Notes under the pieces: generated by a model
What the model saw: only the letters and a program-made list of their open reading frames with translations
What the model was told of the DNA's origin: nothing
Database searches by the model: none
Shown here: in pieces, positions 10,850 to 22,761 of the stretch
How the letters are laid out: the number at the start of each line of letters is the position of its first letter
Position numbering within the stretch: position 1 is the first letter of the stretch
Source of the DNA: Eledone cirrhosa
Lineage: Eukaryota
Reading direction: 5' to 3'
Assembly: GCA_964016885.1 (NCBI GenBank)
Contig: OZ024740.1
Span: 48,794,001-48,858,000 of the forward strand
DNA length: 64,000 nucleotides
Translations under genes and position numbers: made by a program

Positions 10850-11345
10850 TTCCTGTTGCCACAGTGCCGGCCGCATTCGACGCCATGCTGCCTCAACGAG
10901 GTCATTAAGCATGGCTTGGACGCTGTAGGCTTCCCTTCCCAGCTCGAGCCGGTGGGGCTGGATCGAGGGGACGGCAAAAAGCCAGATGGCATGACCATCT
11001 TCCCGTTCCGCGGTGGCAAACCCCGCGTCTGGGATGCCACTTGCACCGACACTTTCTGCAGCCGCAACCTGGTGCAGTCTGCGACTGACCCAGGTTCTGC
11101 TGCACGTCGGGCTGAGGGGCCCAAACTCCTCAAATACCGGTCGCTCTCCGACAAGTTTGCGGTCGTTCCCCTGGCAGTAGAGACTTCTGGTGTCCTCGGC
11201 CCAGGGCTACTTCCTTACTCACCACCATAGGCGCTGAGCTGGCCAGCCGCAGGTGTAAGCCCCGCGAGTTGGAGTGGCTTTTCCAGCGCGTCTCCCTTGC
11301 CGTCCTCCGGGAAACGCCTTCTCCATCCTGCCGCCGGGGCTGTGG
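10850..11345 (+). mobile_element. CRE-clade non-LTR retrotransposon 3' fragment (restriction-like endonuclease domain)
   Basis: LNEVIK...EPVGL.RGDGKKPDG.T..PF.GGKP.VWDATC...K..KY...PLAVETSG, then after a frameshift LFQRVSLAVL. This is a PD-(D/E)xK RLE signature; the segment is GC-rich. Confidence 0.8.
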
Positions 11346-11619
11346 GTGGGCCCCATCGCGTACCAATTCTTTCATCTGATATATCTCTAAATTATATTTT
11401 GTATATCTGTAGGAAATGTTTTTTTTACATTAATACCATTTATTTTACCGATTCCGGAAGAGCAAAGTTAACCTCTGTGAGAGTTGAACAGAACATAAAG
11501 GGAGGTAACACTATACTTTACGCATTGAGAGTGGTGAATAGGAAAATCGGCAAAGAAATATGTTGATATCGAATATTTTGACAGAAACTTGTTACAAAGT
11601 CCGACCCCCCCCCCCTTTT

Positions 11620-12235
11620 TTTTTGGCTTCATTCTTTTACTGGAGCGTGGTCATGCTGGAACATCTCTTTCAAAGGTTTAGTCAATCATATCGAGTACAG
11701 TATTTATTTAATTTTATTTAATTAGAATCTTTTCTTGTCGAACTGTTTAGGTGCTACTTTCTGGTTGTTGTGCCAATCCAGTAAAGCATTATTACTTAGT
11801 GATTAGAGTGTTGGACTTTAGGTCGTAATGTGGGGTATTCGATTCCTCGACCCAGTGGCGTGTTTTATTATTGCGCAAAACACTTCATTTCACGTTGCTT
11901 CATACAATTCTAAAAGTGACAAACGAGTAGTAGCTGTGATTTTACTCTGATGTACAGGTGTCCTATTTATGGAAAGACGTCTACTATCAGTCACTTAACG
12001 CCAATAAAATAACGATAAGCGTTAAGTGACTGATTTTGCAATGCCCTCCATAAACAGGACACCTCTCTATCAGAGTAAAATCACAGCTATGACTGGTTTG
12101 ACATTTAAAGATTCTAAATAAAAAATACTGAAATGAATACTGTACTCGATATGATCAACTAAGCCTTTGAAAGTGATGTTCCAACATGGCCACGCTCCAA
12201 TGAATGAAACCAGTGAAAGAATGAAGCAAAAAAAA
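11620..12235. repeat. Large imperfect inverted repeat in PECR intron 1, built from SINE fragments
   Basis: About 11620-11732 pairs with about 12108-12235, and about 11909-12002 pairs with about 12019-12108; a family-B SINE head at about 11795-11900 is looped out. Confidence 0.75.
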
Positions 12236-12330
12236 TAGAAAAGAAATCGGATTTTGTAACAAATTTCTGATAAAATATTTGAATATCAACAATTGAAAAC
12301 TAACGTGAAAACACGCCTCAAAATTCATAC

Positions 12331-12442
12331 CTAAATACAACAGCTCCGTAGTTATTGCTAAACCGATTCCAGTAGCACCACCGGTAACAATTGCTACTTT
12401 TCGTTGGAAAAGATTCGGCCGAAATATACTTCTAGGTTCCAT
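12331..12442 (-). CDS. PECR: PECR-like peroxisomal trans-2-enoyl-CoA reductase (SDR family), coding exon 1
   Basis: ATG at 12442 gives MEPRSIFRPNLFQRKVAIVTGGATGIGLAITTELLYL(G), with the SDR TGxxxGIG motif; GTATG donor follows at 12330 (phase 1). Confidence 0.9.
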
Positions 12443-13480
12443 GCTAAGATGCAAGCGTTGTCAGTTTAGTTTCATACCAAATAATAAAATAACATAAGAT
12501 ATTTTGCAAAACGAAGGACAGATAACTCTGAAAACCCCCATTTTAAATTCTGTTTCGTTGTTTGATTGTTTGTATGTTGATTACAATATAATTCCATTAG
12601 TAATTACATTTGTTGATTGAATAACGAGAACAACCATTTTTGGAAGATTCGTTCATATGTATGTTCTTCTGGTTTTATAATTTCACAAATGTTTGCCAAT
12701 AGAGAGAGAGAGAGCCGGTTTATAACATAGATACAAGACTCTCACATTGGAATTCACACAACATCAACTAGGTAAATATCTATGCATGTGTGTGCAGGTA
12801 TGGATGTTATATGTGTGCAAGTGCATATACTTTGTATCTGTACAAGTTTATATGCACTTATTAGGTGCAGAATTTTTGGAATGTTTTACATATTTTTACT
12901 GTAATGGATTATACTTGTAATTTCCTAACTAGTCGTGTTCTTTCTGTTTCTGTGAACCCCCAGCTTCTCAAGATTTGTATTGAACCTAATCTAATCTGGC
13001 CGAGTTTACACTCACAAATAAGAAGAACCAGAGCCACCCCTAGGAGCATTGGATTTGGTGTACTTCATATTTGTTTTAGTTGTTGAATACAATCAGGGGT
13101 CGCTGCTTCTCCTGAAGGTCAATAGTTCTCTTCTAACTCGAGTGGGAGTGCCTTTCCATTGTCAATTTGCATTGATCATCTGTAAAGCCACATTGTTCTC
13201 AGAACCACTACATCAGTCTTTCGATGCGTGCAGCTGGAACTACTGCCACCCATTGATTTGGCAGGATTTTTTTTTTAGATGGCTATTGACTCTTATGAGT
13301 TCTTCCGCCCTTTGTCAGGTTTTCTTTTTTGTTCTGCAGGGTGTCCAAAATCATACTCCTCACTCAGTAAACTTGGTGGGGTTGCCAGTTTAGTCACCGA
13401 CGACCCAACCATGCGACAGGTTGTACTGGTTGTACTGAAGGTGTAATCAGGGAGAAGTACCTGCAGATTTCTCCTTAGTT

Positions 13481-14446
13481 ATAATAATAATGAAAATATT
13501 GTGTACAGTGTTCAGGTGCACTACAACTCATCAAAAAGTGTATGTATAGTACATAGGGTAATGTACAAACGTCAGGAAAATGAACAGTACATGAGTCATG
13601 ATATACACATGTGTGCATGTGTATGGAAGAGGGACATCAGGTGTAGTTTTGGCGAATTTCGGGAAGCATGAGGGTTTTAAAGGATGCAGTGTCTCGACAG
13701 CGAACAACTGACGCAGGCAGTTTGTTCCATGCTTCAGCAACTCTGAGCATGAAAAAATGTTTCCGAAAGTCATAGGAGCTGTGCTGTTTTCTGATTTCGT
13801 AGGCATGTCCACGTCTGTTAGACACATGGAGATCAAAAAGGTGCTCAGGGTTGTTGTTGGAAGATGGTTAATAACTTTGTGGGTGTTTACCAAGTCAGTC
13901 GCCAGACGTCAGAGTTTCAATGAATCCATGCCCAGGGAAGCAAGGCGTTCAGAGTATCGTAGATGTCTGATGGAGGGTATGCGCTTGGTTTCACGTCTGA
14001 ACAGTTTCCAGGAGGTCAATGAGGGGTTCCAGACTGAAGATGCGAATTCCAAGTGTGGTCGTACCATAGCTGTATACAGCTTTAAATAGATGGCTGGAGA
14101 GCGGCTAACAAAGGTCTTGCTGAGTGATGCTAAGACACCCTCGGCCTTCTTGACAATCTTAGAGATGTGCTTTATCCAACGCAAATCACTGCTGACAGTA
14201 ATGCCCAGGTCACGTTCACAAGAGGACTTCTTGATATCAGTGTTGTGGAGGGAGTATGTGGACGCTGGGTTTTTCCTCCCAAAATGCATGGTCGTACACT
14301 TGTCCACAGTCAACTTCAGTTGCCAGTCTGTGATCCATTGCTGCATTGTGTCCAAGTCTGATTGTAGGAAAGAGTTGTAGATTTCAGGATCAGTCCTTTT
14401 GATTTCAAGGTACAGCTTGATGTCATCTGCATATTTCAGTACCGTG
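13481..14446 (-). mobile_element. 5'-truncated CR1 LINE inserted in the R4/Dong element
   Basis: YADD, VRPHLEFASSVWNP and WNKLP motifs; (ATT)n tail; TTAGTT target duplication at 13475-13480 and 14447-14452. Confidence 0.92.
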
Positions 14447-16207
14447 TTAGTTCTGCATAGATATTCTCCTTTTCGCTAATCTTTGATATTATATTGGCAT
14501 CTGCTGGGCAGCTAACTTCCACTACTGTGCATATCTTCTTTCCCTGTCCCATATCATTATATCTGGTCTGTTATGTTTGCATTTTATTGGGGTTTTTACT
14601 GGAACATTCCACCAGTACTCTTTCATATTATGTACATGGATGTCTTCCACATTGCTGTAGCTTTTAATGTGTTTATTGTCGGGGCTGTCTTTTCTACGGA
14701 TTGCATTGTACAGTGTGCTGACCACTACATCATGCCTCATAGGCAGATAGTACCACAATGACATCTTTGGACAGCTGCTGATGACATGGGTGACATCTTC
14801 GATGTTAATTCTGCAGAGTCTGCACTTGTTATCACATCTAGGTGTTTTGCCTGCATCCCTATCTCTTTTGTGAATCAGGTATTTTGTGTTGATTTCCTGT
14901 TCTTGGAGTGCAAAAGCATATCCTTCAAAGCGGGAGCCAATATAGCGGTTGTTGGTCCAAGATAGACTACTTTCTTATCTATATTACTCTCACTCTGGAG
15001 CTTCTTGCCAACATATCCATGCACGATTTTTGCCTTTTTTGCTGATAAGCATGCAGTTTTTCATCCATGGATTCACTGCGGTACTGCATGGCAATTTCCC
15101 TGGGTGTTTGTTTTTGATTATCATGCAGGGAATATCTTTCAAGGAGCTCCTTGCCAACTCTCATGATCTTATCTGTCTCATGCAGATAGACTTGCTCAAT
15201 AGATGGGCTCCTATGCTTTGAGGTTCGTAAATGTTGTCGGAGAGATATGATGCAACACTCAAATGCTGTCTGGACTGACATCAGGCTTCTGCCTTCCTGC
15301 TTACATTTCAAGTAAAGGCGGTCTATGTCACTGTTGATGTGGAAGTTTCTGGTGTTGTTTAGTATTTTTCAAGTCCTAACATCAATTGTTTGGATTTTGT
15401 CTATTGTCCAATCGAGTATTCCAAACGTTGGTGTTAGGACAGGCACAGCAAACACATTGTGAGCCACTATTTTTTTTTGTGCGCAGAGAGTTCCAATTAC
15501 CATATTTTTCTTAATCAGGTATAGTATTCCCTGGTTACGCGTTCCTTATTACAGATACCATTATAGGATATGTTCTCATCTATCCCCAGGTATCTGTAGA
15601 AGTCCTCATCAGATATTGCTGAAACAGTTAGGCCATTGATGACAATGTTGCTAGATTGGATTGTAGTTTTTTCCCACTTTACAGTCATATATGAACATTT
15701 ATTGGCCAAACTCCATTCCTATATCCTTTGAGAATGTTGTAACCAGGTCAAGATTTTTCTTCATTTCATCTATGTTCTTGGCATAGAGTTTTGGGTCATC
15801 CACAAAGAAATTATGGGTTAGGTTTGTATTTCTGTCCTCCTGTGAGCCAATGATATATCCTTCACATTTCTTGAGCAGAAAGGACAAGGGATTTAATGAC
15901 AGGATAAATAGTATCACAGAGAGACTGTCTCCTTGAAATATACCCCTGTGATATTCTATTTTATCAGTGAAAATAAAGCCCTCCTTCTCTGTTTTTAACT
16001 TTAGGATAGTAGGCCAAGAAGAAGACAGCTGCTCTATGGCTCTGACAATAATGTCTGGGACTTTAGCAAGTTGGAGAGCTTCTATCATCCAAGAGGTGGG
16101 AACAGAATCAAAAGCTTTCCTGTAGTTCAGCCAGACTGTAGCCATATTCCTCCTAAGTTGTCGCACCTCCGACATCGCAGTTTTGTTGATTAGGAGTTGT
16201 TCAGCAC

Positions 16208-16540
16208 ATGGCGTAGTGGTTAGAGCATTGGCCTTGCAATCGAAAGGTTATGAGTTCAATTCTCAGACCGGGTGATGTGTTGTTTCCTTGAGCAAGACAC
16301 TTTATTTCACATTGCTCCAGTTTACTCAGCTGTAGAAATGAGATGATAGGGACTGTGGTCCATATCATTCCACTGCAAAGTGGTCATGGAGGTGCCACGG
16401 CAAAAAAGCACCCAGCACTCACTGTAAATGAGGTTGGTGTTAGGAAGAGCATCCAGCTGTAGAAATCAAGTCAGAATCAGTTCCTGTCCCACCCTTGCAA
16501 GCAGGGAAAAGCGGACGTAAAATGAAATGATGATGATGAT
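16208..16540 (+). mobile_element. Composite tRNA-SINE (family-B head plus RTE-type tail) inserted in R4/Dong
   Basis: TGGCGTAGTGG box A, GAGTTCAATT box B, CCTTGAGCAAGACAC body, GTTGGTGTTAGGAAG module and (GAT)n tail; it splits the R4 codons GVWG|CAEQ. Confidence 0.8.
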
Positions 16541-17258
16541 CCCCAAACGCCTTTCTTTCCAGCTGCTTGTTCATCTGTAATGATGTTATTATTTTCACAG
16601 TGAGCTTGGAGAAAAAATAGGTTCAGACAGGCTGTATACATCTTATACATCAGGTTCTGGCATGCAATGGGTCAGTAGTTTTTGCCGAGTGGCTGACTTT
16701 GTTTTTGAGGACCAGTATTTGTCCTAATGTCAACCATTCTGGTATAAGTGTATTTCCCTTAGTACTTGTTGGTAGAGGTTGATAAGATACATCCGATAGA
16801 ATATCAGTTTTTTGTACCATATATATATAGAAATATATAATGAGTAATAAGAGAAAATAACTCTATATAGGAAATTAAAATTGCCAGCTGTGAAATGAAG
16901 TGGTTCTAACTGTTGATTTCCAAAAATGTTATCCTGAAATTAAGAACCACCTTATTGGTTCATAGTGTTATATGAGCTTCAAGGCAGACAAACTGAACTT
17001 TTCCAATCCTTATACTGTACTATACATGCAGGTGATATTCTTTACCCCTACAGTTTTTATATCAAACCATGCTTCAAGATGATGATGTGTAGCTAATCAG
17101 GATTTTACATTCTTTTAGTAATACAGTTTATTAAATACATTTAAAAAAATAATTTATTTAGGCTCACCTTCAATTTTTGCATTTAGGAAGAATTTTTAAT
17201 ATAATTTCCAAACTGGATCCACAATGAGGTCCATGGGCTTTGCTATTCTTGTTTGTGT

Positions 17259-18016
17259 ATCATCATCATCATCATCATCACCGTTTTATGTCCGTTCTTC
17301 CACGCTAGCATGGGTTAGACGGGTTGTCCTGTTGTGGGCAGTGTCTGGTCAACTGACCATGCCTTGCTCATACAGGAACTGAATTGGCTTGATTTCTACA
17401 GCTGGATGCCCTTCCTAACACCAACCTCATTTACAGTGAGTGCTGGGTGCTTTTTCGTGGCGCCTACACGTCCACTTTACAGTGTGGGCTGGGTGCTTTT
17501 TTGCCGTGGCACCTCCACGACCACCTTGCGGTGGGGGGTGTGGGGGCATATTGTCTATATGCTTCAGCTTGTTCCCATGGGAGGTCGGGTACTCTGTATT
17601 ACTGCGTGACGCCAGAGGTCACGGTCGTGTGTCATTGCCTTTGAGAGGTGTAATTGGGTATGGTCGGCTTTTATCACCTCATCCCAGGTCATCTTGGGTC
17701 TCGCCACTCAGCGGTTTCCATCGACTTCTAGTGCTCTGCACCTTTTTATGCAGCTGTCATCCTTCATACGCATCACATGTCCATACCAGCACAACCGCCT
17801 CTCCTGCACCCAGCATTTGATTCCTCTTATGCACAGTCTCTCTCTCAATTCATTTGTGCTTTGTCGTTCACGTATTACTGTTACACATATTACTGTTACA
17901 CATCCATCGGAGCATGCAGGCTTCAGCTTGTACCCATGGGAGGTCGGGTTCTCTGTATTACTGCATGATGCCAGAGGTCACGGTCGTGTGTCATTGCCTT
18001 TGAGAGGTGTAATTAG
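17259..18016 (-). mobile_element. RTE LINE 3' end, close copy of 59355-60000, with a rearranged 5' junction
   Basis: (CAT)n tail; near-identical to the plus-strand RTE at the right; about 17920-18016 repeats about 17561-17656. Confidence 0.9.
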
Positions 18017-19699
18017 TTGCTAAACTATGACACATAAACTATTTATCTACATAGTTATCTAGTTTCCAGATTAGAGTTGGAGGACCATAAAGTGTAATAG
18101 ATCTATGGTTCTTCACATGGTTGATTAGTAATCTAAATCTTGCTTCTGTCATGGGTAGTTTTATCATACTAAAGCTTTGTGTGGACTAAAAAAAGTTGCA
18201 TGGTGTTACATTTAAATCATTAAAATAAAGGCTTCAGATTTGGTGGATTATAGCACCTACCATTGTCTAGAAAGTCTCTGTGTGCTGCAATTGTTTTGTG
18301 AAAATAGCAGTCTAATACATTTGCAATATGACTCTCTTTCATTTTCTTCACATCCTGGATTTATTGCAGATGGCCACTTATCAATTACTAAGGTACTTAG
18401 TTCAAAAACTTTATCTAGAATAGAATTAAAAGTGTCTGGTCATTATTTTGTTGATCCGTAGAAAGAATAATAATTGTTGTTTCATATTGTTGACAATACT
18501 GGCTAAAAGCTGATTATGTTTGATTGAAACATTTTTGTCATTGTCTGTCAGTGTCACTGATGAAAACTTCATTTCCTATATGGCATTTTCTGCTTTCAAG
18601 ATTTTGTTTTTATCCAAAATAATGTGTGAGCATATATATGTCTGATATCTTCACAGATATGTAAACATAGCAAGAGAAATCTGTGGTGCATAAGCTGGAT
18701 ATAAAACAGGCAATGATAAATATATGACAAGATAAATATAAGTTCATACAAAACTCACATGTTAAGAAAATGTGTATCAAACTTGACATATATTCTCAGC
18801 AAATAATAAAACAATGTCATTGTGAAAGAGAAAGAAAAGTGGGTAGAGAGAAGGAGAGGGGTTTTAACAAATATAGTATACACGAAAGAACTTCTAAACT
18901 TATTTTTTTAATTCATCCAACTATCTACCTCTCTTCACATAGACAGTTAAATGGCAGAATTATTAAAGAGTTGGATGGGTGGTTTTCAATACCTGTCTGA
19001 CTCTGTACATTCTGATTTCAAATCCTGCTTCCTGTCACTAAAAAGGTGGTGGTGCTTCTACTAAGAATTGTGACCAGGTGATAGAAATGTTTCAGCAATG
19101 GAAATTCAATGCAAATGAGGCTTCTTTGGTCTGATCTGAAGATTGGCTCTTTTTTTTTTTACCAACAAATTAACTTTACACACACAGTAAAAGGAACTTC
19201 ATATCTTAGTGTAAATTTATTGTATATATTAATTCTTATTCTTAGTATATACTAGTAGAAATGCTAGTATATACTAACCATCTAGTGCAAGTATAGATGT
19301 GTGCATGTGATTCATCATGTATGAAAAGAGAAAACTACATTTTTTTAAATGCAGTTAATATGAATTTGCACCAACATATTTCATCTTGCAATTTATTTAA
19401 TTCAATATATCTCTACAAAATGGTGGTGACCCAACTTAAAGATGGCATTTGAACTAGTAATAAGCAGCAGCATGATTGAAACAGCCCAGTGCAGCACATT
19501 CAAAGAATTTTGAACCCATACTGTTTTTTGAATGGTATATGTTTTTATTGACTCATGGATACTATTTAGCATCTATTCTAGGAGTGCACAGCATATAAAT
19601 AAAGGGCAAAACTTCTTTTGTGTATATGCAATGACATATTTAATACAGCAGGGAAGCAAACTATGGACAAGGAGATTTCGGAGGTTGTGTGCGCACTCT

Positions 19700-20200
19700 A
19701 AGGAGGGGTGGGAGGTCTAACTAGATGCTGCAGAAGAGACAGAGGATCGCTCTCAGAAGAGGCAAGGTGGAGGTGTGGTAGGTATGGGAGAAGCGTAACT
19801 GGTTGGTGGCGAGCAGTGGCATGGTGTGAAGATCGTGGTGCAATCAACCTCATAGGCTTGGGTGAGGGTGGCTTGAACCAGGGTTGGGGGTACCCTCACT
19901 GAGTGAACTGTCTAGCCATGTATTGAGCTCAAACCTCAAAGTCATGGGTTTGGCTGCAGAGGCGAAGGTATTGGGAGTATGGGATAGAGTGTTTGGGGTG
20001 GGAGGATGTGAAATTGAGGTAGGAGTAGGAGTCAGTGGGTTTGAAAGAGGTGGAGGTGATGAGGGACTGATGGGAGTGGTTGATAGAAAGAAAGATATCA
20101 GAGAAGTGGACAGGTAGTGAAATCAAGGGCAGGGTGAAAGGAGCAGAAGAAGGAAAGGAAGGATTTGAGCTGTTCTCGGGTGAGTGAGATGGCACCAATA
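19700..20200 (-). mobile_element. Penelope-like element RT C-terminal fragment
   Basis: KPTDSYSYLNFTSSHPKHSIPYSQYLRLC, followed by degenerate GYP and TYH remnants. Confidence 0.75.
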
Positions 20201-20329
20201 CAGATACCGATGTACTGACAGTATAGCTCCAGGGTTGGACCCATGTATCGGGCAAAAATTTGGGCCTAAACTGCTGTTACAAACATAGGTTGTTGTTGAG
20301 ATAATAATTGACCAGAATAACCTCAATTT

Positions 20330-20990
20330 CGTTTGTAATGTGAGCTTCTTTGATTGCCATATTGACTGGAGTTTGTTAGATACTCCAGCACCTTTGGCTA
20401 TCCTTTATTTTATGTCAGCTTCAGTATGGCCATCTGCTGTCTAAACGCTATCAAGAAATGTGAAATTTTGAACCTCTTCTATCTTTTTCCCATTGACTGA
20501 AACTTCCTATGATTCACTGCAGGCAACTTTCTGTATTTTTGTTTTTGATATATTTACTTACAAGCCAACCTTTTCAGTTGTTTCAACCAGGGCACTTGTC
20601 ATTGTAAAGTCTAAATTCACCAGTTTTACTCTTCCCCATTTTAAGCCATGTCCACGTGTATCCAAGGACTTTCTCAGAATGTAATCCAAGATTATCAAGA
20701 AAAAGAATGGGGATAGGATGTATCCTTGTTGAACTCTTGATAAGATTGAAAAAAAAACAGTAAATTTTGATACTGTTTTTACATAGCAATTTGATAAAGT
20801 GACCGAAAAATGTTGATATAGCAATCAGGGACACCATAGATCTGCAGATCTTCCAGAGTGACTGGTGGTGTACACTATCAAAGGCTTTTTTGAAGTTAAC
20901 ATAATTTATCACTACTGGAGTGTTATACTCTAGTGATTCCATGATGTTTCTTAGTGTGAATATTTGTTCATTGCATGACCTACCTGTTCA
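20330..20990 (-). mobile_element. Degenerate LINE RT fragment (RTE-like)
   Basis: EQIFTLRNIME, FKKAFDSVH and VQQGYILSPFFF motifs. Confidence 0.75.
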
Positions 20991-21310
20991 CTTCTAAGTT
21001 TTACTGTTGTAATCTTTTCAACAACAGCCAGCACATTGTTTTTCGGGCCAAAATTAGAAGAGTCACACCACATCAATTGTCAAAGGCTCTTGTGAAAATC
21101 GAATAGTGCATGTGTTTTTATTGGCAAAATTGGAAAAATGACCATCTCCAAATATAATAATATTTTATTACAATATGCTTTATAATTTCCTGTTGTATAA
21201 AGGGGGTACATGTCAGAATCAGGACTATTCTGTGGTATTAAGTTGTGTTCTTTTATATTCTGAGTTGTAATCCTGCTCAGGTCAACTTTGAGTTTCAACT
21301 ATCCGCCGTT

Positions 21311-21433
21311 AATAAAATAAGTTACTGTTAAATAGTTCATGCCCCCACGCAAATAAAATAAGTTACTGTTAAATAGTTCATGCCCCCACGCAAATAAAAT
21401 AAGTTACTGTTAAATAGTTCATGCCCCCACGCA
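21311..21433 (+). repeat. Three perfect 41-bp tandem repeats within a family-A SINE remnant, followed by (AAAAT)n
   Basis: Unit AATAAAATAAGTTACTGTTAAATAGTTCATGCCCCCACGCA, three times. Confidence 0.9.
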
Positions 21434-21975
21434 AATAAAATAAAATAAAATAAAATAAAATAAATAAAATAAAATCTGTGGCCTTATGCCAACATTAGAA
21501 ATCGTTATGTTGCATCTGTTCTCTATAGGAATATTTAGTTGATCATATTGTAGATTTTCGTACCTAAGAAATGATATGTGTTAAACAGATAAAGTTGAAA
21601 ATATTACATCAACGAAGGAGACTGGGTTTCGATTTCAAATGAGCACTTACTTTATAAATGTTTCTAAGTTCACTTGATATATTTACAAAACTCTATCCTT
21701 AGAAGAAAAAATGTATTTAGCATTCAATTCTAACCTTAGCCACCGTTAAAACCACATAGTACTAAACAATATCTATTTTTATTTTATTTTAAATTCCTGT
21801 ACATTGTACATATTTTTAATTCATGTATATTGTACAGTTTTTAACTACTGGATATTTTGTATTACAATAAATTCCATTTTTTGAATAAAATTTACTTATT
21901 GAGAGTTACCTCCCTTGTAAAAACATTAACATTTTATAATTGATGTTGATTTGAAAGTAAATCGTCAATTGCAAA

Positions 21976-22329
21976 ATGTCAACCAAACGATCAAATAGAA
22001 ACAGCGCCAAGCAGGCTGAAAAGGCTGACAAGAAGCGTGAATGTTCACCTTCGTTAGAAGAAAAATCTATGTCAATCGAAGAGAAAATAGCTTTAGTGGA
22101 GAAAGAATTCTGTGTATTACGTGATTTCTGTCTCAAATCTGGATACAGTCCACTTCAGATCGAAGAAGCCACCACTCCTTTCCTGAATAGTATCAAAAAA
22201 GCTAAGCGTAAAAAGTGGGCCCGCTTTGTCGTGCAGTTTTTCATGTTTGTCGTTTTAGCTTATAGCCTTTTCTTTTACGACCCCGTCTACAGAGTTTTGC
22301 TTGCATATGGTCGACAAACTAGTATTCGG
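21976..22329 (+). CDS. C6orf89: C6orf89/BRAP-family type II membrane protein, exon 1 of 7
   Basis: ATG at 21976, 118 codons, with a basic stretch followed by the hydrophobic segment FVVQFFMFVVLAYSLFFY; GTAAG donor at 22330 (phase 0). Confidence 0.8.
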
Positions 22330-22704
22330 GTAAGACCATATTTCACTATTTATATATGTTTAAAGAAATAATATATTTTTTCAAAAGCAAAATATATTTC
22401 ATTTTAAATTTCAGCTTATAAAGGGATACATAAACTGCTATTATGTCTTAATTGTTAGTTATTATCATAGATTTGACTAGATTCCATCAATTTTTTGAAA
22501 ACAAAGGGTTTGCTGTTTTGATATGCCTATGCGCGCACGCACGCACACACACACTCTCGCACAGACATATAAACGCTTCCAACAATGCACTTTGATTGAT
22601 GTATTGATACGATAGTGTGATACCTTGCTGGAACTTGTTTATTTATATACATTACTGGGAAACATATTGTATATGCTTCCATATACGCATCTAGTCTGTA
22701 TTAA

Positions 22705-22705
<1 letters not shown>

Positions 22706-22757
<52 letters not shown>
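22706..22757. repeat. (TA)n microsatellite
   Basis: Directly visible. Confidence 0.95.

Positions 22758-22761
<4 letters not shown>

Larger units (their letters stand above)
12865..16790 (-). mobile_element. R4/Dong-clade LINE (RT + CCHC + RLE), degenerate and interrupted by three insertions
   Basis: KAFDSV, GIFQGDSLS, FFVDD, CRLC..H..C..RHD, HNRPDI and KENIYAEL|RRNLQVLLPDY motifs; C-terminus NLEKLGF...KICKTF near 12870-12975. Confidence 0.85.
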
